The notes beneath the pieces were generated by a model, which worked only from the letters and a program-made list of their open reading frames with translations, was not told the origin of the DNA and searched no databases. The translations under genes and the position numbers were made by a program. A DNA stretch of 64,000 nucleotides from Novakomyces olei (Eukaryota). The stretch is from NCBI GenBank assembly GCA_016906335.1, contig JADEYG010000007.1, forward strand, positions 1,178,001 to 1,242,000, read 5' to 3'. Below are positions 50,372-61,003 of the stretch, piece after piece. Numbering within the stretch: the stretch's first letter is position 1; each line of letters starts with the position of its first letter.

Positions 50372-52407
50372 TTTCCTCATCATTCTCCTTGCTAACTTTT
50401 AGATGGGCAATTCGCAACTGCAGTGTTATGCTTTTCACCGCATTGATGCAGCGATCATTTATGGGCAGAAAGCCTCGGGAGCTAGCATTAGCGACGGGAT
50501 CAAAGCCCCTGGCAACACAGACATTTTTCAGCAGTTATCCAAGGCTTCAGCCCTTTGTTGTCGACAAATTAAAGCAGTACAGGCAGGAGTTGCACGAAAC
50601 AGGCCAAGTATCTACGGGACTGTTCCCCATCCTGAATTTATTTTCACGGCTTAGTTTCTATGGGTCCGGTATTACAGAGGAGAAATCCCAAATTATCAAA
50701 ACCCTAAAGGAAATAATCACCCTGTTTGAGTCTAGTGGGCAGTGGAAGATTCGGGAGGCAACAGCACTCGCCATGCCAGCAGTTGTGCTAGAATCGTCCT
50801 TTTTTCAAGAGCTCAAGTGCATAATATACGGCCTGCACGTTCGTGATACGAACCAGTGCCATGGACGTCTTTTGCAAATCCTTTGTCTTTTGCGCAATGC
50901 TTCATTAAGCGAATCAGAAATGAATGGCCTCGCAACTTTACTGGAGGCAAAAAGCACAGACCTGTTGTACGGCCATTACTGTCCGGTCGTGCACTCGCTC
51001 TTTACACAAATTGTTACTAACCATTTTGTTGCGTATAGTACTTTGTTTAGCAGTGTGACTGCGTTTTGTACGCTATTAATTGAATCGACAGCGGCGCCCA
51101 ATGAAGCCAATAATGTTCCGGGGATCGGGTTGGCTTTACGTGACGCTGTACACTGCCTTTTCTCGCATTGGAGAACGAGGAAAGAGCCCGCAAATCATAC
51201 TGAGCGTATGATACGTGTAATGCTGCAGCATTCGTTTTATGAAGTGAAGATTACCTGTCTCGACGGACTGCACGACGGATCCAGCAAGACGGATTTGCTC
51301 TCAAATAAAGTTGTGGCTTTAGTAGACAGTCTGCGTGCGTCTGAGAATTGGGTGCAAGTATCATCGCGCTGCACGTTTGTCCTGGCCCAGTATAGAGAGG
51401 CGAATGAGTGCAACGCTGGGCAATTTGGAAAAATTACGTCTAATGGAAAAATTGCACCTAATTACCAGCAAAATGTGCCATACTTTTTAGCCAGTCTGAG
51501 GGACAGCAGTGCCTCTGAGAGGGCAAAAGAAGCGATACTCGTCCAGCTTGGTAGCTGTATAAACTCGATGCTGCGAGACTCGGGGCTCGGGCAAGAGCAA
51601 ATTCCTCTTTTGAGCGAGTATTGTCTGCTGTTGCAAGAGTATGCGGACGAATATGCTTCGACTACCAATAGAATTGCTGCCTGCGAGTCTATTGAAATGG
51701 CGCTGGAAGGCCTTAATGGAGCAATACCGTTCCCGGGGGCAATGCTGCCCTGCTTTGTGGTTATTGTTGCCCTGCTGGACGACGATGAGCGTGAAATTAT
51801 CGACAAGGCTTACCGTATTGCCACCAGAAACCTGCCCGGCGAGTTTGATGGCGTGCACGAGCTTGTTCTGCGACGACGAATGCTGAGCTGGATAGTCGGG
51901 CAATTTTCTCCGTCCGCACTACTGCAGTTCTATTTTAATAAAATAAAAGGGGATTCAGTGGCCTTTGACTTTTTGCAATGTAGCAAGTCCAATTGTCAGA
52001 GAGACATTTTGTTTGAACGGGAAAAGCAGAACCTTCGCCGTAACCGCATAGTGGACGATCGGTTGTGGGTAGAGAGTTTTGTTGCCATTCTTCTCCCTGC
52101 TCTTGGCAGCGATACAGTACTCCCCGGACTGCTTGACTGGATTAGCCGCGGTTTGGCAGCGGTCGATTTGTTTATCCAGCAGCAGGCCAAAGTCCGTTTT
52201 GCCACGCGGTACGGTGAAGAAACGCTACTTGCCCAGTGCTTTTTATTGATTTTACTGGGAGAAACTGTCGTTGCTGGCCTCAGCGACTCGGATTATAGTA
52301 GCGTGGAAGTAGTACGCGGCTGCCTGAGGCAGTGTGCTGCTACCGCAAATAATCTTGGGACGAATCCAGAGTTATGGGATGTATTAAGGGCAGTCAAGAT
52401 GGATTGA
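47514..52407 (+). CDS. TRM732: tRNA 2'-O-methyltransferase regulator THADA/Trm732, 3 introns
   Basis: DAPEG, WRSLKEAS, IRHRGAFS, TRRSAGLP, PQVHAINCL and WAIRN. Exons join in frame across introns at about 47655-47700, 48531-48580 and 50274-50402. Confidence 0.9.
50288..50374. repeat. (TTTA)n microsatellite in the TRM732 intron
   Basis: About 20 copies. Confidence 0.95.
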
Positions 52408-52480
52408 GAGGTGTAATAAAAGTATAGTATTATTGGTATCTGTACAGTAATAGACCGATTACATTCTAGCGAGATTAGCA

Positions 52481-52481
52481 A

Positions 52482-52552
<71 letters not shown>

Positions 52553-52553
52553 A
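52481..52553. repeat. (TAAA)n microsatellite
   Basis: About 18 copies between the convergent TRM732 and ArgRS stop codons. Confidence 0.95.
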
Positions 52554-52557
52554 CAAC

Positions 52558-54459
52558 TTACCGTTCTAAAGGCGTGTAGCCCAGAATGATCATTCCGTTA
52601 CCCAAGACCTGCTTTGCCGCCATGTACAGGGCCAACCGGGCACGTGCAATTTCGTATTCTTGGCCATGCACGTAGCACACATCGTAAAGGCTGCTAATAG
52701 CATGAGTCAGACGGAAGAGATAGTTCAGAATATTAACTGCTTCCAAAGTACGAGCCGCCATCTTGATAATGTCCGGGTACTGTGCCAGGAGACGGACGAT
52801 GTTGACTGCCTGTTTCTCCTTCAGCAATGAAAAATCAGCACCCGGCAGTTCCGCCAGTGGAATCGTGGATTTGCGGAAAATTGAAGCCAGACGAGCATGG
52901 GCATACTGGAGATAAGGACCCGTGTCCCCTTCAAACGAGAGCATACGGTCCCAGTTAAACGGGTACCCATTAATACGCTTGCTGCCCATATCCTGAACCA
53001 TAATCGCAGTCTTGCCAATGATATCGGCCACTGTCTCCGGATCCTCAATCTGCGCATACTTCTCCGGATTGCGCTTCATGACATCATGCATACGCTCTTT
53101 AGCAACTTGCAAGATATCGTCGAGGAAAACGGCTTTGCCCGCGCGTGTACTCATCCCTTGAACCATTCCGAAATTTACATGCTGACACTTTCCCGCCCAG
53201 TCATAGCCGAGTAGCTCCAAAATCTTGAACAGCTGAGCCATGTGTAAGTCTTGCTGACTCGCAACAACGTAAATAAGCCGGTCAAAGTGGTACTTGTCCC
53301 ACCGGTTAATTGCCTCTCCAATATCTCGCGTCAAGTATAGTGTTGTACCGTCACGTTTCTGCAGGACGGTCTTGGCAAGCTGCTTGCTGTACTTGAGGAG
53401 ATCAATTATCTTGGCACCGTTGCTCTCCTCCACCAGGTTAGCCTCCTCCAAGTCTTTCAGGGCCTTGTCCATAAGCTCTTGTGATACTTGTGATTCGCCA
53501 GAGTAAACGTCATACCGGATATTGAGACGGGCATACGTTTCCACCAGCTTGTTGATTGAAAGATCACGAAAACGACGCCAAACCGAGAGAGCCGACTCGT
53601 CTCCGTCTTCCATACGTTTGAAAAAGGCACGGGCCTGGTCGTGCAATGAACCAGCTGCTCCTACTGGCAAATCTTCGTCATTGGTATTCTCTTCAGCAGC
53701 ATTATTACTATTTTCTGCTGCTGTGCCTTCTTCTGCTCGAGCGTCCTGGTTGATTTTGACATAAACGTCATACAGATGCTTAACCGCATCCCGTTCCAAT
53801 TCCCCTTCATCTCCATACTTTTCAAATCCGACGGCTAAAAGACCAAACTGCTTGCCCCAATCGCCCAAGTAGTTTATACGAACAACATCCCACCCGCACG
53901 CCTCGTGCACGTTGGCGATAAAAGAGCCGATTATAGTACTGCGCAAATGGCCCGCGTGGAAGGGTTTTGCAATATTGGGAGAAGAAAACTCGACCAGCAG
54001 CTTTTTGCCTGCTCCGGACCGGTTAGTACCGTACTTGTCGCCCTGCCGGAAAATACGATCAAGCACATCGCTCATTAAAAAGTCGGTATTGACCCTAAAC
54101 TGACAGAAAATATTAGAGGCAGAAGCGGTGACGAGCGGCGAAGAGAACTTGGAGATCCACTCTGCCGCTAAATCAGCAGGTTTTCCGCCTTTAACACGTA
54201 AGCGGGGTACAGGGATCGTCAAGTCGGCCACATCCAATTTTGCAGGGAAGTCAAGTGAGTCATATATTAACTCGGGAGCCACACCGTTCACCTCGTGCAG
54301 CCTGTCCGCAATATGGCATTTGATATAGTCGAGAAAATTGCCGTCCGGGTCAGCTCCGGGCAAGATGGGGATGTCCGCGTCTACATTGATGCTGGCAAGG
54401 TTCTTGGCCAGCATAGACAGCGAGGGATCTGTTTTAATGGTAGTCTTTTCAGACGCCAT
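52558..54459 (-). CDS. RRS1: arginyl-tRNA synthetase
   Basis: VEFSSPNIAKPFHAGHLRSTIIG, NYLGDWGKQFG, YLTRDI, GMSTRAG and GDTGPYLQYAHARL. First ATG at 54459; in-frame upstream extension to TTG 54615. Confidence 0.96.
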   Translation of the reverse strand: MASEKTTIKTDPSLSMLAKNLASINVDADIPILPGADPDGNFLDYIKCHIADRLHEVNGVAPELIYDSLDFPAKLDVADLTIPVPRLRVKGGKPADLAAEWISKFSSPLVTASASNIFCQFRVNTDFLMSDVLDRIFRQGDKYGTNRSGAGKKLLVEFSSPNIAKPFHAGHLRSTIIGSFIANVHEACGWDVVRINYLGDWGKQFGLLAVGFEKYGDEGELERDAVKHLYDVYVKINQDARAEEGTAAENSNNAAEENTNDEDLPVGAAGSLHDQARAFFKRMEDGDESALSVWRRFRDLSINKLVETYARLNIRYDVYSGESQVSQELMDKALKDLEEANLVEESNGAKIIDLLKYSKQLAKTVLQKRDGTTLYLTRDIGEAINRWDKYHFDRLIYVVASQQDLHMAQLFKILELLGYDWAGKCQHVNFGMVQGMSTRAGKAVFLDDILQVAKERMHDVMKRNPEKYAQIEDPETVADIIGKTAIMVQDMGSKRINGYPFNWDRMLSFEGDTGPYLQYAHARLASIFRKSTIPLAELPGADFSLLKEKQAVNIVRLLAQYPDIIKMAARTLEAVNILNYLFRLTHAISSLYDVCYVHGQEYEIARARLALYMAAKQVLGNGMIILGYTPLER

Positions 54460-56963
54460 TGAAGGATTCAAATTTGAGGCAATGCTATACTGCTTAGAAA
54501 ACGCTGCAGGGTAAGACGCAAAATGTACAAGCCGCCGTATTCTGTGCGCGGACAGCCGTAAAAACGGTGATTTTAAGGGTAGAATGATGGCAATACTGCC
54601 AAATCGCAAAGGCAAAGTTACTGATTGGCCTTTTTCTTTTTTTTTTCAATAGTATATTATCAATTATTTTATTTTATCAATTATTTTATTTTATCAATTA
54701 TTTTATTTTATCAATTATATTTTTTGTAGTGTTTTAAGTAGGCAGATTTTTTAAGATAAGAATTTGAAGTGATATAACGTGAAACAGTATATTTCTAAGC
54801 AGAATACATCTGTACTCTCGCTATCATGAACAATTTTTTACGTTACTTGATGTTGTTATAAATGTTATAATTTAATAAATGAGTTGTATTGCTTGTACTC
54901 TTGAGCTCATGTATGCCATTTTTTAATGCGATTTATACTGCTGAAAGTAACGGCAAAGAGAATAGAAGAAAATATGGAGTGTTCATCGTCTTGCAGCCTT
55001 TCAGATAGCATCAGTCTACGTGCGGTGCCGCAATTTTGTATTTGAAACAGCATGAGCCCTAGAATTTGAGCAAGACATTAGTATATGAAATGCGCCTGTT
55101 TTCTTTGATGTGACAATTATTATAGCCAATCAGTCAGTAAATGTCAAATATTCTTATCGGCCCCCGTGTCTTCCATCGGACTATCAGGTCATATTCAGAA
55201 CACTAAAACAAAACATTATCGGTAGAAGCCGAGCCACTATTGGTACACATATGCCATCTCAAGTTCTTCACTCTGATTTATAGTTCTACCTTTTACCTTG
55301 CTTTATTTTTTCTCCGAACCCCTTCATTTTCTCAAAGGTCTCTCCTCCGTCAAGGTGTAACGCGCAGCTGAATGTTCGATATTCTTAGCACGTCACCTTC
55401 CTATCTACATCTGAAGCATTTAACGTCGCCCGTTAAGTTCTGCATCATCATATTGTGTGCGAGTGAATGTATAGTGACCACATCTGCTTTTGTCGCAGGC
55501 GAATAACAGAGACAATTAAGACAGCTGCACTAGTTTTTTTCGGGCACTGATGCCCGTGTACGCGGTACGGTAGTATAGTATTGCTTGGCCGTTGCACTTA
55601 ATAATTTTTTCCCCTATTAAAGTTGCTTGTCCCAATGAGGCAATCTTATCCCACACATCCCGCATAAGAATTATAAAGTTCTTTTCTCGTGCGTTTAAAG
55701 AACAATCTTTATTTTCAGTTTGCGAGGCTGAATGATGAATCATGGAATATTTAAGAGGTATATTAGAGACCGAAACCCAATTGAAAACGGGTGCTGGTAT
55801 GGGCAGATGAATATTGACCAGGTTTTTGAGAGAATGGCCTATTGTTCAAAGTGGTGGATTCCTAAAATCATTCTAATGGAACGATTTCCAATTTGAAAAT
55901 TTTCCGGAGTGAACACATTATTATGTCGCAGATTTCATGGGATTCTTCTCATAGATCAAAAGAGTAAAAGCATGTTCTGCATTTTATAATTCTAACCACA
56001 AATGAGATTCCAAATTTTGGTACGCTTATAATCAAAGGACTCGGCTACAGCAAGCTGACTAAACAAATGGTTCAAGTGCTTTACAGAGATCTGATTGCTT
56101 GTTTGATTTTTATAATCGTTTACAAATTCTTCTGTTATTAGTATAGCAGGCTTTTGTCCTCACTTCAACGACGTCTTCAGACAAACGAACACTTAAACCT
56201 GTTTTCTCGTTTCGTCAAACACTGCCGGTTACTTTTAAGTTTGTTTTGCGCCATAATTAAACCATTTTTTTAATATATATGTTGGGGTTTTCCTGTAAGA
56301 CAATCTTTAAGATACAAGTCGACTAAAAGACCTGATATTTTAACGTTTCGTTTGCGTTAATCTCGAGACTGGCCTCTGCAAACGGAATTCTAAACTCCGC
56401 CTAGCTTACTATCGATCAATGATTTTAATCAGATTGCAGGGCACATGAAATTATCGGTAATTAAGACCATCGTCTACGTGGGCTATTTTGTTAAGACACT
56501 GCTTACTGCTAATTCTTCTTCTCTTCCCGCCTGTGCTGGTGGTTCGCTCTTCTTCTTCACTTCGTATCCCTTGAGTACGTGAATGCTGCTTATCCGCATT
56601 TCATGGAGATTTTTTCAAACACGAAAAGAAATCTACAAGGAGATCTAAAAGGAGGTCTTCATAATATTTGGGAAATATAATATATAACTAAATTTCTCAT
56701 AACTCCTAATATTGTCCATACATTGAATGTGCCCGGTAAGCTATTTGAACTGCTCTGTGAATCAGGTAGAATATAAATCCCGCACAATGTACAGGTAAAA
56801 AAAGCCCAAAAACTTTGTTTGCGTATTAACAGTCTTTATAAACATAAGCTCTATTCAAATAAAAAAAATAAGTAAAGAACATCAAAACAAAAATAAAACA
56901 GCTGCTATGCAAAGCCAAGGCCGTATGACATCAATCATTCTCCTCGCAAACAGAGTCAGGAGA

Positions 56964-57881
56964 TTACAGTTTCGATGCCAAACCCTTGCGTGCAATCGTG
57001 GCGGTAATAAGCCCGCTAGGATTAGCCTGAGGCAGGTAAACTGTAGTATTTTTCCCAGCGTTATCGATGCCAAAAGGCGAACCGTCCCAATCAAAGTAGT
57101 GCTTATTAGGTAACGCGTAGGAGACGTCCGAGATACCATCAAAAGCCGCGAGTGTGCTCTCACCAGCCTTGAACATGGTGGCTTGAACACTGGCAGAATC
57201 ATCAACAGCAAAAGTATCGAGAAGAATGGCCCGAGCACCGGTAGCAGCGGCAGTAAATAAAGCCGCAGCTGCCTGAGCTGCAGCCAGATTATCAAAGTGT
57301 TTCCAAGTCCATTTCGCAGTTACTTCAGTGGAGAAAATACGGTCCCAGGTTTCTTTCAGCGTAGTGTATTCACAGCGATTGAAGCCATGGAAAGCAGAGC
57401 CCGTACTTTTAAGAATCAAAAGCTTCTCCAGACCACTCGACACATCGATACCACTGCCCCTTGAAGCAGAAACTTTGGCAGTTTTGATCTCCTCGCCGTC
57501 ACGTAAGAACGAGTGCGGATGTGGGCCAGAGGCAAGCTGTACACGTGTCCACTTGTGTTCAATCAAATCCGCATGTGCAGAAGAAACCCAGGGATACTTG
57601 TCCACAAAATGTTGAGCCAATACAGCACCAAAAGCCTCAATTGGAGCAACAGAGTGCTTCTTTGCCAATATGTACACAGTGTTCTTCATCGTATCAGTGG
57701 GGACCACTTTGCTATTATCCCCAAGGGTGTATGACGTCTCGAAATCACCTTCCAAGAGGATCTGTACCGTGAGCTCGTGCACAGTGTGCACAGCAGTTTT
57801 GGGGTCTACTTCTTTCTTGAGTAAACGCACCAGCGTTTTGCCGTACCGGCCCGACTTCAAGTACACTTTTGATTCCGCCAT
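56964..57881 (-). CDS. urate oxidase (uricase) with C-terminal PTS1 -SKL
   Basis: YGK, DNSKVVPTDTMKNT, LKSTGSAFHGF, DRIFST, SASVQAT and LPNKHYF; ends ASKL. Confidence 0.96.
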   Translation of the reverse strand: MAESKVYLKSGRYGKTLVRLLKKEVDPKTAVHTVHELTVQILLEGDFETSYTLGDNSKVVPTDTMKNTVYILAKKHSVAPIEAFGAVLAQHFVDKYPWVSSAHADLIEHKWTRVQLASGPHPHSFLRDGEEIKTAKVSASRGSGIDVSSGLEKLLILKSTGSAFHGFNRCEYTTLKETWDRIFSTEVTAKWTWKHFDNLAAAQAAAALFTAAATGARAILLDTFAVDDSASVQATMFKAGESTLAAFDGISDVSYALPNKHYFDWDGSPFGIDNAGKNTTVYLPQANPSGLITATIARKGLASKL

Positions 57882-58685
57882 TGTGCTCTAGTTTGGTTTG
57901 TCTTTGTACAAACCCGTTGGGCGTTATGCCCGTCGCCTTATATTACTGGCTTTTATCGGTCGAGATAAAGAAACTCGGCCGAGAGATCCGAGATTTGGCT
58001 ATGCCAAATACACTATTTGGATGGCGATTACATATTACACGTTCACTGCCTGATTTCGAAAAATCTGCCTTAAGGGTTCGCAGATACCGACCGGTAATCG
58101 GCACTCAAGTGAACCCTGTAAATCTCCCTCAATCATAGTGGCATGAAACATTAGTGCATGGGAGATTTATTTTTCTCATGTTGCAAATTTTGTTCAATTA
58201 ATCCGAATCTAATAACTTTGGAGCTTTGCACGTCATCAGTGTTTTGACCTATGTTCTTTTCCTCTTGCCTCTTGCAATTGTTATTTTCTCAAAATCATTG
58301 GCCATGGAAGTGTGGATTCCTGCTAATTGCTGCCGTAAATGTGGCAACTTGTTGCCACTCTCGCGTAAAGATACGCCTCGCCGTATTGTGGAAACGATAG
58401 GGTTATAAGCCAAAAGTCATTGATAACCTGTATATAAATATAGCGAGTATACAGAGACGATAAACACTAACACTACTTAAAAATGAACGCAAAGTAAGAA
58501 ATTACGAGTCCTCTAGAAAAGCGATAGAGTGTAAAGTGTTATTAATAGTTCACGTAATACTATCAGCCATATTAATATTAAGTATATCAAGAGGTTAGAA
58601 TTACTTACCAAAGCATTTCAAAATTAGTAGAAAATCCAAAAATATTGACTCTGCTTTTGCCAGTGGTCAATTGCAAACAGAGCCA

Positions 58686-58986
58686 ATGTCGCTATTATCG
58701 TCGTTGGCGCGGCCTTTCGCGGCCGCGCGCATGGCTGCGGCTGCCCCATTACTACCGCAGCTTGCACGGGGCATGAAAGTTCGCACTTCTATAAAACGAA
58801 TGTGTGCATCTTGCCAGGTAGTCCGGCGAAAAGGCCGGCTACGGATCATTTGCAAGGATAATCCCAAACATAAACAGCGACAGGTAATCAGGCTATGAGC
58901 TGCTATAACAGCGCTTTGTCTTTGTGGCCAAGCTTGGCTCCTTGGTCCTTTTTTGATCGTATTTTAACTAATTTTCATAGGGTTGA
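58686..58986 (+). CDS. RTC6: mitochondrial ribosomal protein bL36m, 1 intron
   Basis: Presequence then [40 protein letters not shown]; intron 58884-58980. Confidence 0.92.
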
Positions 58987-59285
58987 TTCAGTCAAGGGCA
59001 GTTAATTAGATCTGACGAGCCTCGGTTACAGTTGGATACGGTCAGTCTCTTACGTGGTTAGCGTATGAGGGTTTACGAAAAATTGTTTGTTGTTTCTAGT
59101 CTCCAAGCGATGTTTTCATCAATGAAAGTTATTTCATTATGTACATCTAATTATTTCACCTTTGTAAGTCTACCAATTTAATCTTTGGTCATTAGATTTG
59201 CGTCTGATTGGTTCGATGAAACATGATTTCTATGTCTGCCTTCTTTTGCACTGTGCAATCTATCCTTTTAGTTCTAGTCATAAAT

Positions 59286-60365
59286 CTATTTATACGCGAG
59301 AAAGTCTGGCTCAGAAGGCCCACGTCGAGGATCAGCCAAAACGTCTTGAATAGCAAGCTTGAGCTTTTCCACAGCAGCGTCCGTTGTCTGCCAGTGAAAA
59401 ACGATCCGATTTCCCAGGAGTACAAGTCCGTGAAGTTTTCCGACGCGTACTAGTTCGTTCCCGTCTGCTCCAATAGCCACAAGATCTAGCCAGACCATGT
59501 TCGTTTGCACCGGTCTGAGTAAAGGAATTCCAATCTTTTGTACCCATTCACCAAAAGCAATAGCCCGAGCATGAACGCTGGGCAATTTGGGAAGCACATT
59601 GTCCAAGCACCAAAGCGCCATGGCCGTGACGATTCCAGCCTGACGCAGGCCACCGCCCATTGCTTTGCGAAAGCGTAGAGCACGTTCAATAAAGGCATCA
59701 GTGCCCACGATAACAGAGCCCATAGGGGCACCACAGCCTTTAGACAAGCAAATGCTGACCGAGTCAACTAGGGAGCCATATGTAGCGGCAGACACACCGG
59801 TGGCGGCTACTGCCTCCAGAATTCGAGCTCCATCCATATGCAAGGGTATCGCGTATTCATCAGCCAAAGTCCGAAAACGCTCGAGCTCTTCCAGCGGCAG
59901 AATAATACCATTAATCGTATTTTCAACGCATAAAAGAGCAGTTGGAGCACCAAAAAAATCCGATCTTGGTACTATATACTTTTTAGCATCCTGTGCGGTT
60001 GCGTACAGCCCGTTTGTGGTCGGCGGTACCGGCCGAACCATGGCCTGTGTGAGAATGCCAATGGCTCCAGTCTCGTGCTCGTTGATGTGGGCATTATAAT
60101 CGCAAACTATTGAATGAGGCGGCTGCTGCAGATGCGTGCGTATGCAAATCTGGTTGCCCATTGTACCAGATGTCACGAAGAGTCCTCGTTCCTTTCCAAA
60201 CATGTGAGCCAATCGGCGCTCTAATTCGGCCGTTGTTGTGTCATCAAAGTATACATTGTCCCCCATTGAGGCCGTAAACGCACTCGATATCATTTCTGCC
60301 GTTGGGACTGTTACCGTGTCAGACCGGAAGTCTGTCTGCGTCCGTAACGCCTCTGCCGAATCCAT
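59286..60365 (-). CDS. GLY1: low-specificity L-threonine aldolase
   Basis: DFRSDTVTVPT, SGTMGNQI, LHMDGARI, SICLSKGCGAPMGS and GGGLRQAG. Confidence 0.95.
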   Translation of the reverse strand: MDSAEALRTQTDFRSDTVTVPTAEMISSAFTASMGDNVYFDDTTTAELERRLAHMFGKERGLFVTSGTMGNQICIRTHLQQPPHSIVCDYNAHINEHETGAIGILTQAMVRPVPPTTNGLYATAQDAKKYIVPRSDFFGAPTALLCVENTINGIILPLEELERFRTLADEYAIPLHMDGARILEAVAATGVSAATYGSLVDSVSICLSKGCGAPMGSVIVGTDAFIERALRFRKAMGGGLRQAGIVTAMALWCLDNVLPKLPSVHARAIAFGEWVQKIGIPLLRPVQTNMVWLDLVAIGADGNELVRVGKLHGLVLLGNRIVFHWQTTDAAVEKLKLAIQDVLADPRRGPSEPDFLAYK

Positions 60366-61003
60366 TTTGACGGGACAACACGTACTGTAGACGGTCGATT
60401 CAGCCTATAATTATTTTTTTACTCGCTCTGCTCGATAGATCTTCATCTATAGAGTTACTAATCAGATCAGATAAGAATGAATCGAATCTAGTTCCCGTTT
60501 TATATATACTTGTTCTTTATTCTCATTTTAAGCACGTTTAAAAACGGTTTTCTCGAGATATTAATCCTAACCCTACTTGATCTTGGCTTTGGTTCAGTCA
60601 GTATTACAGTCAACTCTGTGACCAAGCGTACTTTGCAGAAAAGGCATTGTTTAATACATCCCGTTTCTCACCTGCCTTTCTTTCATCAGCGGTATGAGCC
60701 TGCGATTGGAAAAGAGCAATTTAAAGGGGGAAACTAATTATTTACATTTATGCTTTACATCGTTAATGGCTTGTATTTGGTCTGATGATTTAATAGTTGT
60801 TGGCCCAATACTGTCGTCGATTTTAAGCAGGCGCGCTTGTTGATTAATATAATTAAAACACTTTGTTTATTAGACAATACGTTGACCATAGTATAGTATA
60901 AAATAATAATAATACGGGTCCGAACAAGTACGACATAAAGCGGAGATCTGAGGGCACTCGACACTAATTTTTGCCCTCCTCCTTCCCCATTTCCGAGTTT
61001 TCT

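Noticed and set aside
55766..55800. RDRNPIENGCW resembling the Tc1/mariner SPDLNPIENxW motif
   Set aside because: Only NPIEN matches, the spacing to W is wrong, and no other DDE motifs or terminal inverted repeats are seen.
56010..56085. Sm-site-like AATTTTG followed by a GTACGC donor, as at fission-yeast telomerase RNA 3' ends
   Set aside because: No CTAACCCT-type template upstream in the gap; the motifs are short and common.
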